The position numbers and the translations under genes were made by a program. The notes under the pieces are model-generated. The model saw only the letters and a list, made by a program, of their open reading frames with translations, made no database searches and was not told the origin of the DNA. Positions 7,798-15,043 of a stretch of DNA of 64,000 bases are shown piece by piece. The number at the start of each line of letters is the position of its first letter. Within the stretch, counting starts at the first letter, position 1. Origin of the DNA: a virus; the IMG/VR virus record IMGVR_UViG_3300045988_066445, positions 1 through 64,000 of that record; one strand, 5' to 3'.

Positions 7798-7871
7798 GTC
7801 TAGATGCCCGAGCGGTCTAAGGGAACGGTCTGCAAAACCGTGTTTCGTGGGTTCGAATCCCACTCTAGATT
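7798..7871 (+). tRNA. tRNA-Cys (anticodon GCA)
   Basis: Acceptor GTCTAGA/TCTAGAT (G1-U72), anticodon stem ACGGT/ACCGT with loop CTGCAAA, T-arm GTGGG-TTCGAAT-CCCAC. Confidence 0.75.
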
Positions 7872-7891
7872 CTACACTAATCTTATTGCTT

Positions 7892-8320
7892 ATGGATAGA
7901 GAATTAAGAAGAGAACTTTCTAAAAGAAAGTGGATTTCGAGAGCTAAAAAGGTTTACAACGCTTGCGGTAAATTTTACGTACCTGTTGCCGGGATTAAAG
8001 CCAATGTAAGGTATAATGTTCCTATAATAAGGAATAAGGCGTTGAAGGTCTGTGAGTCAATTACGGATTTCCTTGATAGTTCTAAATACGCAAAGATGCT
8101 TAAGAATTGCACTTCTCCTTATAGAAGCAGAATGATGCAATATGAATACAAGAAAGAGAATAGAAAGGATAGATATAAAGCAAAAAGAGATATTCAAGAA
8201 GGTATTCAAGAATATGAATCTAGGGACAATCTTTCGTGTTCATCCTGCATTTTCTATGATAAAGGCTTTTGCGAAAAGGGATTATTAATGACTGAAAACT
8301 GCCCAGAATATTGGGATTAA
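7892..8320 (+). CDS. hypothetical protein with Cys-rich C-terminus (start moved downstream of tRNA-Cys)
   Basis: The track ORF 7745..8320 overlaps tRNA-Cys. First Met after the tRNA is at 7892 (MDRELRRELSK...). C-terminal CSSCIFYDKGFCEKG...CPEYW motif. Confidence 0.4.
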   Translation: MDRELRRELSKRKWISRAKKVYNACGKFYVPVAGIKANVRYNVPIIRNKALKVCESITDFLDSSKYAKMLKNCTSPYRSRMMQYEYKKENRKDRYKAKRDIQEGIQEYESRDNLSCSSCIFYDKGFCEKGLLMTENCPEYWD

Positions 8321-8323
8321 AGT

Positions 8324-8683
8324 ATGGACAAGTATATTAATGGAAGTTTAGTAAAGAGAGTTTTAGTTTTTAAAACTAGAAAGCATCCCGATTGGGTACA
8401 TTATGTGGACGATTACCGATTCTTGTTTTGGAAAATACATCGAGATTATTGGTATTATTGGGACCCATGTTTTGGAACTTATACGGAAGAAAAAATGATT
8501 TCATCTTTAGAGAAGAGATATGCCTTCTACAAGGATGGAATAGTATATCAGAAACCTCATATCATTTTAGAGTTCTCTAAAAGACATGATGAATCTATCT
8601 ATTTTGATAGTGACGAAGAAATGGAGGGATGGTTTGAATCCTTCATGGAAGAATTTGGAAAACCGTTTATTTACATAGACTAA
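8324..8683 (+). CDS. hypothetical protein
   Basis: 119-aa ORF rich in aromatic residues. Confidence 0.4.
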   Translation: MDKYINGSLVKRVLVFKTRKHPDWVHYVDDYRFLFWKIHRDYWYYWDPCFGTYTEEKMISSLEKRYAFYKDGIVYQKPHIILEFSKRHDESIYFDSDEEMEGWFESFMEEFGKPFIYID

Positions 8684-8804
8684 TACCTTTATCCCAGTTT
8701 AGAGCTTAGCTCAAATAGTGAATAATAGTAGCTATTGGTTAAAACGAGGTGGAGTGCCAGACGAAAGACTGGAATTAACATAGTTTAACTTTGAATCTCC
8801 GACT

Positions 8805-9149
8805 ATGCAGAGTATTATTATGGCAGAATTGATTTTCTTAGCTAATGGAAGATGTGACTTGAAAATGCACGCACCTATCAAAAACTTTAAAAGAGTTGAG
8901 GTAGTAAAGCACAAAAGAAACTTCTTCAAGGTGTTCGTTGACCGCAACGACAGCGTTTATGACGTGAAGCGTTGCACAGTTATCACATGGAAAACCGTAG
9001 ACAACGGTAAAAGAAAATTGAATGTTCCAGACAAAGTTGAGGAGGTACGCGATGCCAATCTCTTCGACAAAATCAAGGGAAATCCATTCAAGATCGCACT
9101 TACTAAAATAATTGGCGAAATTGAAGCCCAAGAATTACTACATTCGTAG
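8805..9149 (+). CDS. hypothetical protein
   Basis: 114-aa ORF. Confidence 0.35.
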   Translation: MQSIIMAELIFLANGRCDLKMHAPIKNFKRVEVVKHKRNFFKVFVDRNDSVYDVKRCTVITWKTVDNGKRKLNVPDKVEEVRDANLFDKIKGNPFKIALTKIIGEIEAQELLHS

Positions 9150-9185
9150 TAGCGTTTAGGAGAGTATCGCATAACTCTCCTCAAT

Positions 9186-9260
9186 GCAGATGTGGTGTTA
9201 ATGGTTTGAGCACGTCAGACTTCCAATCTGAAGGGGAGAGTTCGAGTCTCTCTATCTGCA
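9186..9260 (+). tRNA. tRNA-Gly (anticodon UCC)
   Basis: Acceptor GCAGATG/TATCTGC, anticodon stem TCAGA/TCTGA with loop CTTCCAA, T-arm GAGAG-TTCGAGT-CTCTC. Confidence 0.8.
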
Positions 9261-9265
9261 CATTT

Positions 9266-9337
9266 GTAGGTATAGCACAACGGTTAGTGCATCGGCTTGC
9301 CATGCCGAGGATGTGAGTTCGATTCTCATTACCTACT
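9266..9337 (+). tRNA. tRNA-Gly (anticodon GCC)
   Basis: Acceptor GTAGGTA/TACCTAC, D-arm GCAC-AACGGTTA-GTGC, anticodon stem TCGGC/GCCGA with loop TTGCCAT, T-arm GTGAG-TTCGATT-CTCAT. Confidence 0.8.
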
Positions 9338-9343
9338 CAATAT

Positions 9344-9424
9344 TCCGATTTAGCTCAGTCTGGTTAGAGCGTCCGCATCCAAAACATCAGCGGGAGGTCA
9401 GGGGTTCAAATCCTTTAATCGGAA
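9344..9424 (+). tRNA. tRNA with a 13-nt anticodon loop (stem TCCGC/GCGGG; loop ATCCAAAACATCA; CCA or CAU anticodon possible)
   Basis: Acceptor TCCGATT/AATCGGA pairs perfectly, D-arm GCTC-AGTCTGGTTA-GAGC and the T-arm are canonical. The anticodon loop carries about 6 extra nt. Confidence 0.45.
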
Positions 9425-9428
9425 CAAT

Positions 9429-9502
9429 CTCGGTGTACCAGAGTGGTTTAATGGCTAGGACTGCAAATCCTTAGTTCGTCAGTTCGAATCTGACCACCGA
9501 GT
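9429..9502 (+). tRNA. tRNA-Cys (anticodon GCA), second copy
   Basis: Acceptor CTCGGTG/CACCGAG, anticodon stem TAGGA/TCCTT (U-U at base) with loop CTGCAAA, T-arm GTCAG-TTCGAAT-CTGAC. Confidence 0.65.
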
Positions 9503-9508
9503 CAATAT

Positions 9509-9588
9509 AGTGGAGTAGAGAAGTTGGTCATCTCGCTAGGCTCATAACCTAGAAATCGTCATAAACGGTTCGAATCCTACCTCCGCAA
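9509..9588 (+). tRNA. tRNA-like gene with CAU anticodon and a degenerate T-arm (possible tRNA pseudogene)
   Basis: Acceptor AGTGGAG/CTCCGCA (6/7 paired), D-arm GAGA-AGTTGGTCA-TCTC, anticodon stem CTAGG/CCTAG with loop CTCATAA. The T-loop TTCGAAT is present but its flanks AACGG/CCTAC do not pair and the region is 6 nt too long. Confidence 0.3.
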
Positions 9589-9833
9589 CTAAACTCCTTT
9601 TGTGGCTCTGAATTAGATTAATTATTAACAATTTTAAACTTTGATGTTATGAAGAAAGTAATTAATGTTGTGAAGAAAGCTGCTAAGTGGTATTTTGAAC
9701 AGAGTTCTAAGAGCTATACATGGTTAGTTTCTGGAACTATTCCGCCTCCTTATAGAGGTCTAGAGTAAAGATACTACTAAAAGGTAAGTACCAAAGGGGT
9801 ACTTATCTACACCCGTGGAGAAAATTAACTATT

Positions 9834-9903
9834 GGGGTATAGTTCAAAGGTCAGAACTTTTGACTGTTAATCAAAGAATCATGGTTCGAGTCCATGTGCC
9901 CCA
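9834..9903 (+). tRNA. tRNA-Asn (anticodon GUU)
   Basis: Acceptor GGGGTAT/GTGCCCC, anticodon stem TTTGA/TCAAA with loop CTGTTAA, T-arm ATGG-TTCGAGT-CCAT. Confidence 0.7.
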
Positions 9904-9925
9904 GCTATTGACCTTATATTAGATT

Positions 9926-10084
9926 ATGCATCAGTGTGATTATTGTTGTTGGTACTACAGTGGAAATTGTGATTGTCCATATGTAATGAAGAAACAAGCG
10001 TGTGAAAATGCTTTGAAAACTAAAGAGAGAAATGAAAGACCTATTAGAAAAGTACAAAATGTTTCAAACTCCAAAACTAGCTAA
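9926..10084 (+). CDS. small Cys-rich protein (52 aa)
   Basis: MHQCDYCCWYYSGNCDCPYV... ATG preceded by ATATTAGATTATG. Confidence 0.3.
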   Translation: MHQCDYCCWYYSGNCDCPYVMKKQACENALKTKERNERPIRKVQNVSNSKTS

Positions 10085-10433
10085 TGAGATTTCATGGAAA
10101 GACATGAAGGAATTTAACTCTTATATGAAAGAAGTAGTTCGTGATTATAAGATTAAACAGGCTAAATCAATTCAGAGTGCTAGAAACGTAATAATATCCT
10201 GACCTGGCAAGGTAAAAATCCATTCGGGGTTTAAGTTGAAGCCAGTCCCTGCGGAATCATAAAGACCTTTTCTGATACGATAGTCGATGAACTGAGAGAG
10301 TAGTATGGTTGCGGACTTATGCTACTAGAACATGATTTAAACAAAAAAAACTTATCTGGTGATGTTAGGTTATGGAATCCTAACAGTGGAAATTTATGGG
10401 TATGTCACCAATTAAAAAGAAAATCCCAAAAAT

Positions 10434-10506
10434 GGGCCGTTAGCTCAAATGGCTAGAGCGCTGGTTTTGCACACCGGAAGATAGGGTTCGAGTCCCTGCG
10501 TGTCCA
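10434..10506 (+). tRNA. tRNA-Ala (anticodon UGC) with G3-U70 but a poorly paired inner acceptor stem
   Basis: D-arm GCTC-AAATGGCTA-GAGC, anticodon stem CTGGT/ACCGG with loop TTTGCAC, T-arm TAGGG-TTCGAGT-CCCTG. Acceptor GGGCCGT versus CGTGTCC pairs only the outer 4 positions, including G3-U70. Confidence 0.55.
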
Positions 10507-10715
10507 CAAACTTTATTTAAAAAATTATGAAAGATATGTAGTTGTAGTAAATTATCACCCAGCTAATGCTCCTCAAAATTATGAAACTGATTGCCAAATC
10601 TTCTTAGACAAGAAACAGGCAGAGAAGTATAAAGAGGCTAAGGAAAAAGAGTTTCCTATTAGCTGGGGAGGAGAGTATAATCATTGTAAACTAATTAAAA
10701 AGCATTTGTAATATC

Positions 10716-10787
10716 GCGGGATGATAGCAGAGGTAGCTAGTCAGGCTCATAACCTGAAGGTCGTCGGTTCGAATCCGACTCCCGTTA
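10716..10787 (+). tRNA. tRNA with CAU anticodon (Met or Ile2), acceptor stem register ambiguous
   Basis: D-arm TAGC-AGAGGTA-GCTA, anticodon stem TCAGG/CCTGA with loop CTCATAA, T-arm GTCGG-TTCGAAT-CCGAC. 5' CGGGA pairs with 3' TCCCG. Confidence 0.6.
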
Positions 10788-10818
10788 CTAAGTTATTTTT
10801 AACAATTAAAATTAGATT

Positions 10819-11244
10819 ATGGATTTCAAGAATCTTACAAAGGAATCTCTTCCGAAAGAATTTCAGGAGAGAATCGAACGTTTCAATCGTTTGTTCGTTG
10901 AAGCTGGTGATGGTACATTTGAAGAAAATGACCTATTTGGTTATGAAATGGCTTGTATAAAGCAAGCCCTATCATTCTCTGAGTTTTTCAAAGAAATGAG
11001 TCTGGAGGAATGTAAAGCCTTCTATGAGAAATATCCTAGCTTATTTGGGCTGATTGAGGCTATCAAAGACAAACTTCCTTACTTTGATAATGGTCATAGT
11101 GGAAACTCTATGAGCATGAGTTGGATGCTATACAGGTGTTATAAGGAGAAACCTGAGCTTGTTCCTTATATGCATGGTTGTCTGGCTCAACTTGTTGGAG
11201 ACGAAGGTTATCATGATAATCGTTCTGATGTTCCTAAGTTATGA
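10819..11244 (+). CDS. hypothetical protein
   Basis: 141-aa ORF. ATG preceded by AAAATTAGATTATG. Confidence 0.45.
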   Translation: MDFKNLTKESLPKEFQERIERFNRLFVEAGDGTFEENDLFGYEMACIKQALSFSEFFKEMSLEECKAFYEKYPSLFGLIEAIKDKLPYFDNGHSGNSMSMSWMLYRCYKEKPELVPYMHGCLAQLVGDEGYHDNRSDVPKL

Positions 11245-11537
11245 GTGTAATACAACAAGTTTATCTAGCTGATTCTGGATGTTCTATTTATATAAAAGGG
11301 ATAAAACCAGATAAGGACAATGAATATTCTGGTGAGATTACTATAAACGGTAATCCCACTAGATTAGAAAGAAAAGAACGCTATCATATTGATGGTGGTA
11401 TGCTCGTTACTGATAGTTACCATATTCCTATGGAGTTTATAATTAGTTTTTTACAAGCTAATAATTGTGTTGAACAGAAAGAGGATGGTAAAATGTATGT
11501 TGTTCTAAAAGAAGTGGAATTTAAACTCAATAAATAA
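11241..11537 (+). CDS. hypothetical protein
   Basis: 98-aa ORF with ATGA overlap to the upstream gene. Confidence 0.4.
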   Translation: MSVIQQVYLADSGCSIYIKGIKPDKDNEYSGEITINGNPTRLERKERYHIDGGMLVTDSYHIPMEFIISFLQANNCVEQKEDGKMYVVLKEVEFKLNK

Positions 11538-12118
11538 TGTTATCAATACTTTATGACGAATACCTAAAATGGGGTTGTCCCAACTGTGGTTGTGATGCCA
11601 TTAAAGGTAGTTGTGTATCTGGAGGAGGTTTAACTTCTGGTACTTGTAGACATTGCAAGTTAAAATTTGAAGTTAGAAGCGAAAACCCAATGGGAATAGT
11701 CCAATATGGCTGCCATCCAGAAAATCCCTCAGACCCGAAATCTAAATGGGTTATGGAAAGCGCAATCAGAATTGAACATCCTAGAAAAGGTATTCCTGCA
11801 TGGAATTGGGAACCAGTTGACGAACGTCCAGAAGAAGGAGAATATTGGAACTCTCGTGGTCCTGGCTATCCAGATGTTTCTGGCTTTGTAAAGACTAAAG
11901 CTGCTGGTGAGCGTATTCTAGCTATGGTGCATGAAGTGTTAGGAACTGACAAGTGTAAGACTTATCTAGATTTCAGACCAAGTGAACCAACGTGGATTCA
12001 ATTTAAGTTCCAGTCTAGCGAGTTTGACTTAGAAAAGTTGGATAAGCTATCTAGAGAAGCTGATAGAGTAGTTACTAAGGAAATATTAAAACAGTGTTTA
12101 TATGGCAAAAGTAATTAA
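11537..12118 (+). CDS. hypothetical protein with N-terminal zinc-ribbon (CPNCGC...CRHCK)
   Basis: 193-aa ORF with four Cys in CxxC pairs near the N-terminus. Confidence 0.4.
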   Translation: MLSILYDEYLKWGCPNCGCDAIKGSCVSGGGLTSGTCRHCKLKFEVRSENPMGIVQYGCHPENPSDPKSKWVMESAIRIEHPRKGIPAWNWEPVDERPEEGEYWNSRGPGYPDVSGFVKTKAAGERILAMVHEVLGTDKCKTYLDFRPSEPTWIQFKFQSSEFDLEKLDKLSREADRVVTKEILKQCLYGKSN

Positions 12119-12359
12119 TAAGACAATCACAACACATCTTACAAATATGAAAGATGGAGATGTAGCTGAGATTGTAAATTGGTTCTGTGACGAGGAAATG
12201 GAGCCTGGAACTATAGTTCAGAGGTACGGAGATGCTTTAATTATCATTGGTGGGCGTAGCGGTCTATGCTATCCTAAGCTGTTTACTGTTGCGGATACGC
12301 GTCGTTTGCTTACTTGTAAGGTCACAATTTTGCCTCCTGGCTCAACTATAATGCTATAA
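12102..12359 (+). CDS. hypothetical protein
   Basis: 85-aa ORF. Confidence 0.35.
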   Translation: MAKVINKTITTHLTNMKDGDVAEIVNWFCDEEMEPGTIVQRYGDALIIIGGRSGLCYPKLFTVADTRRLLTCKVTILPPGSTIML

Positions 12360-12401
12360 TTTCTTTTCTCCAGTTTTCTAATCAGAGATAAACTGGAACA
12401 T

Positions 12402-12916
12402 GGGCCTACTTGGATTTGACAGGCGATTACGAATTATAAGGACGTGTAGAGCGCAATCTCTCTAAACGAAGGAAAACAATAATTGCTACTTATAGCGAAG
12501 TAAGAATGGCAGCGTGAGCTGTGGCTAATTAATAGAAATATTAATCGAGTCGGGTTAACGGAGAAGACCTAGAAACAGAAGAGGTGTACAGCAGAAGGAT
12601 GATAGAGCCACTGTGCTTAACTTGAAAGCCAAAGGTTAGTAAAGCTGAAATTCTCCATTACCTATCTATAGGTTACAAATAGGCGTTCTCCAACGTAAAT
12701 GGAGTGGTAGAGAAGAGACCCCTGGTCCTCTAAGTTTGATAGTTTGTTGTATAGTTAAGCGGAAAGGTGCTAGATGAGTCCGCTTGTAAAGAATCTAGCT
12801 CTTCTATGAAAACTATCTAAATGCTAGAACTCACTAGCTGATATAATAAAAATGAGACGCACGTTATCCTTGTAACGAGGGTTGTTTGGACACGGGTTCG
12901 ACTCCCGTTAGGTCCA
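12402..12916 (+). ncRNA. ssrA: tmRNA (SsrA-like), phage-encoded
   Basis: 5' GGGCCUACUUGGAUUUGACAGGCG closely resembles the canonical tmRNA 5' end GGGGCUGAUUCUGGAUUCGACGGG. 3' end is GGACACGGGTTCGACTCCCGTTAGGTCC-A, a T-arm plus acceptor. Acceptor GGGCCUA/UAGGUCC closes with the G3-U70 alanine identity pair. Candidate tag frame GCT ACT TAT AGC GAA GTA AGA ATG GCA GCG TGA at 12485-12517. Confidence 0.7.
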
Positions 12917-12922
12917 CATAAT

Positions 12923-12996
12923 AGGGCTATAGCTCAACTGGTTAGAGCACCACACTGATAATGTGGAGGTTATCAGTTCAAGTCTGATTAGCCCTA
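12923..12996 (+). tRNA. tRNA-Ile (anticodon GAU)
   Basis: Acceptor AGGGCTA/TAGCCCT, D-arm GCTC-AACTGGTTA-GAGC, anticodon loop CTGATAA, T-arm ATCAG-TTCAAGT-CTGAT. Confidence 0.8.
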
Positions 12997-13042
12997 CAAA
13001 ACCGCCAGCTCACGCGGTATATAAGAAAGGATTGCCGGACTC

Positions 13043-13073
13043 GCAGGTGTAACGAGATAAATACCTGCATTTT
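13043..13073 (+). terminator. hairpin plus T-run
   Basis: GCAGGT-(14 nt)-ACCTGC followed by ATTTTCG. Confidence 0.35.
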
Positions 13074-13111
13074 CGAGGCTGTGGTGTAATGGCTTGCATA
13101 TCACACTGTCA
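13074..13111 (+). pseudogene. 5' half of a tRNA-Asp-like gene (acceptor 5' strand, D-arm, anticodon 5' stem and loop CTGTCA)
   Basis: CGAGGCT-GT-GGTGTAATGGCTTGCAT-A-TCACA-CTGTCA, then the sequence diverges into the HNH gene leader. Pairs with the 3' fragment at 13769-13805. Confidence 0.5.
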
Positions 13112-13133
13112 TTAAAATTAATTAAACTTATCT

Positions 13134-13685
13134 GTGAATCGAGAACAATCTCTTAAATTGTATTATGAGAATCCTAACCACTGTAAGGAATGTGGTAAGG
13201 TAATCGAAGTACTAGATAATCAGAGGGTCGCAGATGTGAGGAAGAAACAGTTTTGTAGTCATTCGTGTGCTGCTTCTTACAATAATAGAGGTAGGATAAA
13301 GCACGATGAAAACAAGATATGTCCTAGATGTGGTAAACCTAAGCATAAAGATTCAGAAATTTGTCGTAGTTGCTGGGAAGAACTTAATGGAATTGGTAAC
13401 AAAACATTAGGTTATTATACATCTGGGCAGAAGTACTTATCATCTAAATGTCAAGAAATAAGGACTAATGCTCGTAGAGTATTAGAAAGTTCCGAACGTG
13501 AGAAAGTATGTCAATATTGTCATAATCATGAATTTGATGCAATACTTGAAGTACATCATCTTAAAGGAATATTAGAATTTGACGAAGGCACTCTTATTAA
13601 AGAGATTAACAATGAGAATAATTTAGTATGGTTATGTCCGAATCACCATATTATGTTAGAGAAGGGTTTAATTAGTCTGGAGTAA
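13134..13685 (+). CDS. HNH homing endonuclease with multiple Cys4 zinc fingers
   Basis: C-terminal HHLKG...NNLVWLCPNHH is an HNH motif. Several CxxC pairs upstream. Embedded in the tRNA cluster. Confidence 0.75.
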   Translation: MNREQSLKLYYENPNHCKECGKVIEVLDNQRVADVRKKQFCSHSCAASYNNRGRIKHDENKICPRCGKPKHKDSEICRSCWEELNGIGNKTLGYYTSGQKYLSSKCQEIRTNARRVLESSEREKVCQYCHNHEFDAILEVHHLKGILEFDEGTLIKEINNENNLVWLCPNHHIMLEKGLISLE

Positions 13686-13696
13686 TCCAGTTACAC

Positions 13697-13768
13697 CGAG
13701 GGTTAGTTCAGTGGTAGAATAGCGCACTGTCTATGCGAAGGTCGCCAGTTCGAGTCTGGTACTCTCGG
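13697..13768 (+). tRNA. tRNA-Asp (anticodon GUC)
   Basis: Acceptor CGAGGGT/ACTCTCG, D-arm GTTC-AGTGGTA-GAAT, anticodon loop CTGTCTA, T-arm GCCAG-TTCGAGT-CTGGT. Confidence 0.8.
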
Positions 13769-13805
13769 CACTGTGAAGGTTGGGGTTCGAATCCCCCAGT
13801 CTCGG
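13769..13805 (+). pseudogene. 3' half of a tRNA-Asp-like gene (anticodon 3' stem TGTGA, variable loop, T-arm, acceptor 3' strand AGTCTCG)
   Basis: Anticodon 3' stem TGTGA complements TCACA of the 5' fragment. Acceptor AGTCTCG pairs 7/7 with CGAGGCT of the 5' fragment at 13074. Confidence 0.5.
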
Positions 13806-13811
13806 CTATAT

Positions 13812-13885
13812 TCCGGATTAGCTCAATTGGCTAGAGCACGTGATTTGTAATCTCGAGGTTGTGGGTTCGACCCCCACATCCGGAT
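13812..13885 (+). tRNA. tRNA-Thr (anticodon UGU), tentative
   Basis: Acceptor TCCGGAT/ATCCGGA, D-arm GCTC-AATTGGCTA-GAGC, anticodon stem CGTGA/TCTCG (one mismatch) with loop TTTGTAA, T-arm GTGGG-TTCGACC-CCCAC. Confidence 0.65.
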
Positions 13886-13913
13886 CTTTAACTATTAATT
13901 AGATTAATTATTT

Positions 13914-14588
13914 ATGACTAGATTAGAAAAGTATTTATTGGCAACAGCTTCTGAAATAATTGAAGCTGAAACTACAGTTTCTCGCTATTTTGTTATAGGT
14001 AATGTTAAGGTAAGAGTCTCTGACCATTGGAGTAGAATGACTGACGCAGACCTGCAGGTCATTATTCCTTACAACGGAGGAACTAAATATGTTGTGACTA
14101 TTAAAGATAGTCCTGGAAAGTTTCTCGTTTGGAATGCAAATCAGATTAAAGATTTTATTCCATCGTTGCAGCTTATAAAAGGAATGAAGACACCTGTACA
14201 GATGGGCCCAAAACCTAAGGATTCTGCTGTGCAGAAGATACAACAAGCACTAAGTAACAATACTCCTGCTGAAGGTTGTTTAACTTTCAGTGGAACTCTT
14301 GTTGAGAGTACTCTTAAGGACAAATATCTATCTGCAAAACAGAGAGAAGTTCTTAGAAAACCTAAGTCAACTTGGGATGCGTCTCAAGTAGGATGCTTAC
14401 CAGAAATGGTGAGAATAGATCTAAAACTTAAGTCTTCCGCTTCTATAAATGAAGACGTGCAAATTTTCCTTACATGTACCTCTTTGACTTATATAGAGTT
14501 CTTGAACATTTATAAAATAGTAGTTGTAGACAATAATAAAGTCCCAACTATTAAGTTATTGCAAGAGGCTTATAGTCTTATCGCGTAA
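13914..14588 (+). CDS. hypothetical protein
   Basis: 224-aa ORF. ATG preceded by TTAATTAGATTAATTATTT. Confidence 0.45.
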   Translation: MTRLEKYLLATASEIIEAETTVSRYFVIGNVKVRVSDHWSRMTDADLQVIIPYNGGTKYVVTIKDSPGKFLVWNANQIKDFIPSLQLIKGMKTPVQMGPKPKDSAVQKIQQALSNNTPAEGCLTFSGTLVESTLKDKYLSAKQREVLRKPKSTWDASQVGCLPEMVRIDLKLKSSASINEDVQIFLTCTSLTYIEFLNIYKIVVVDNNKVPTIKLLQEAYSLIA

Positions 14589-14595
14589 CCAGGAT

Positions 14596-14667
14596 AGCGC
14601 CATCATCTAAGGGTTAGGATACAAGATTTTCATTCTTGGCATACGGGTTCGAATCCCGTTGGCGTTA
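14596..14667 (+). tRNA. tRNA-Glu (anticodon UUC)
   Basis: Acceptor AGCGCCA/TGGCGTT, anticodon stem CAAGA/TCTTG with loop TTTTCAT, T-arm ACGGG-TTCGAAT-CCCGT. Confidence 0.75.
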
Positions 14668-14674
14668 CTATGTA

Positions 14675-14710
14675 CCCCAGCAGCGAAAGTTGTTGGGGTA
14701 TTTTTTGTTT
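14675..14710 (+). terminator. rho-independent terminator after tRNA-Glu
   Basis: CCCCAGCAG-loop-TTGTTGGGG followed by TATTTTTTGTTT. Confidence 0.7.
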
Positions 14711-14725
14711 AATAAATTAGAATTA

Positions 14726-15043
14726 ATGAGAAAGACATTTGAATTTGTAAAAATTGGAGGAACCTGGTTCTATTGGTGGCCAGATTTCTGTGGAGACCCA
14801 GGAGAGCTAGCTATGGTCAATGGGGCTGACAGTTTTCTTGATTCTATAGATAATAAATTTGTTAGACTACAAATGGTGGATCCATCCGTAGCTAAGATAA
14901 CCTTATCTAAGATAGAAGAAGACGAGAGTGGAGCTACTTACTTATGTAAGAGCAGGCGCTATAATGATAGAGTTTGGATTTGTCCGGTGACTCTGGAAGT
15001 ATTTGGAGAATATCCTCAGAATATTTATTTAAAAGAATTATAA
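14726..15043 (+). CDS. hypothetical protein (start moved downstream of tRNA-Glu and terminator)
   Basis: The track ORF 14636..15043 overlaps tRNA-Glu. First Met after the terminator is at 14726 (MRKTFEF...), preceded by AAATTAGAATTA. Confidence 0.4.
   Translation: MRKTFEFVKIGGTWFYWWPDFCGDPGELAMVNGADSFLDSIDNKFVRLQMVDPSVAKITLSKIEEDESGATYLCKSRRYNDRVWICPVTLEVFGEYPQNIYLKEL

Noticed and set aside
8392-8580. Alternative-frame ORFs 8392-8580 and 11706-11891 nested in plus-strand genes
   Set aside because: They are fully embedded in longer ORFs with better coding character and are likely spurious.
12485-12517. Alternative tmRNA tag frame GCA ATC TCT CTA AAC GAA GGA AAA CAA TAA (AISLNEGKQ)
   Set aside because: It begins with an Ala codon but ends in Lys-Gln, unlike any known degradation tag. 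The frame ending in Met-Ala-Ala was preferred. Neither is verified.
13112-13771. Group I intron in the anticodon loop of the broken tRNA-Asp
   Set aside because: Almost the whole interval is occupied by a continuous HNH ORF and a complete tRNA-Asp. Only about 22 nt and about 11 nt of non-coding sequence remain, too little for a P3-P9 catalytic core. An insertion footprint is more parsimonious.
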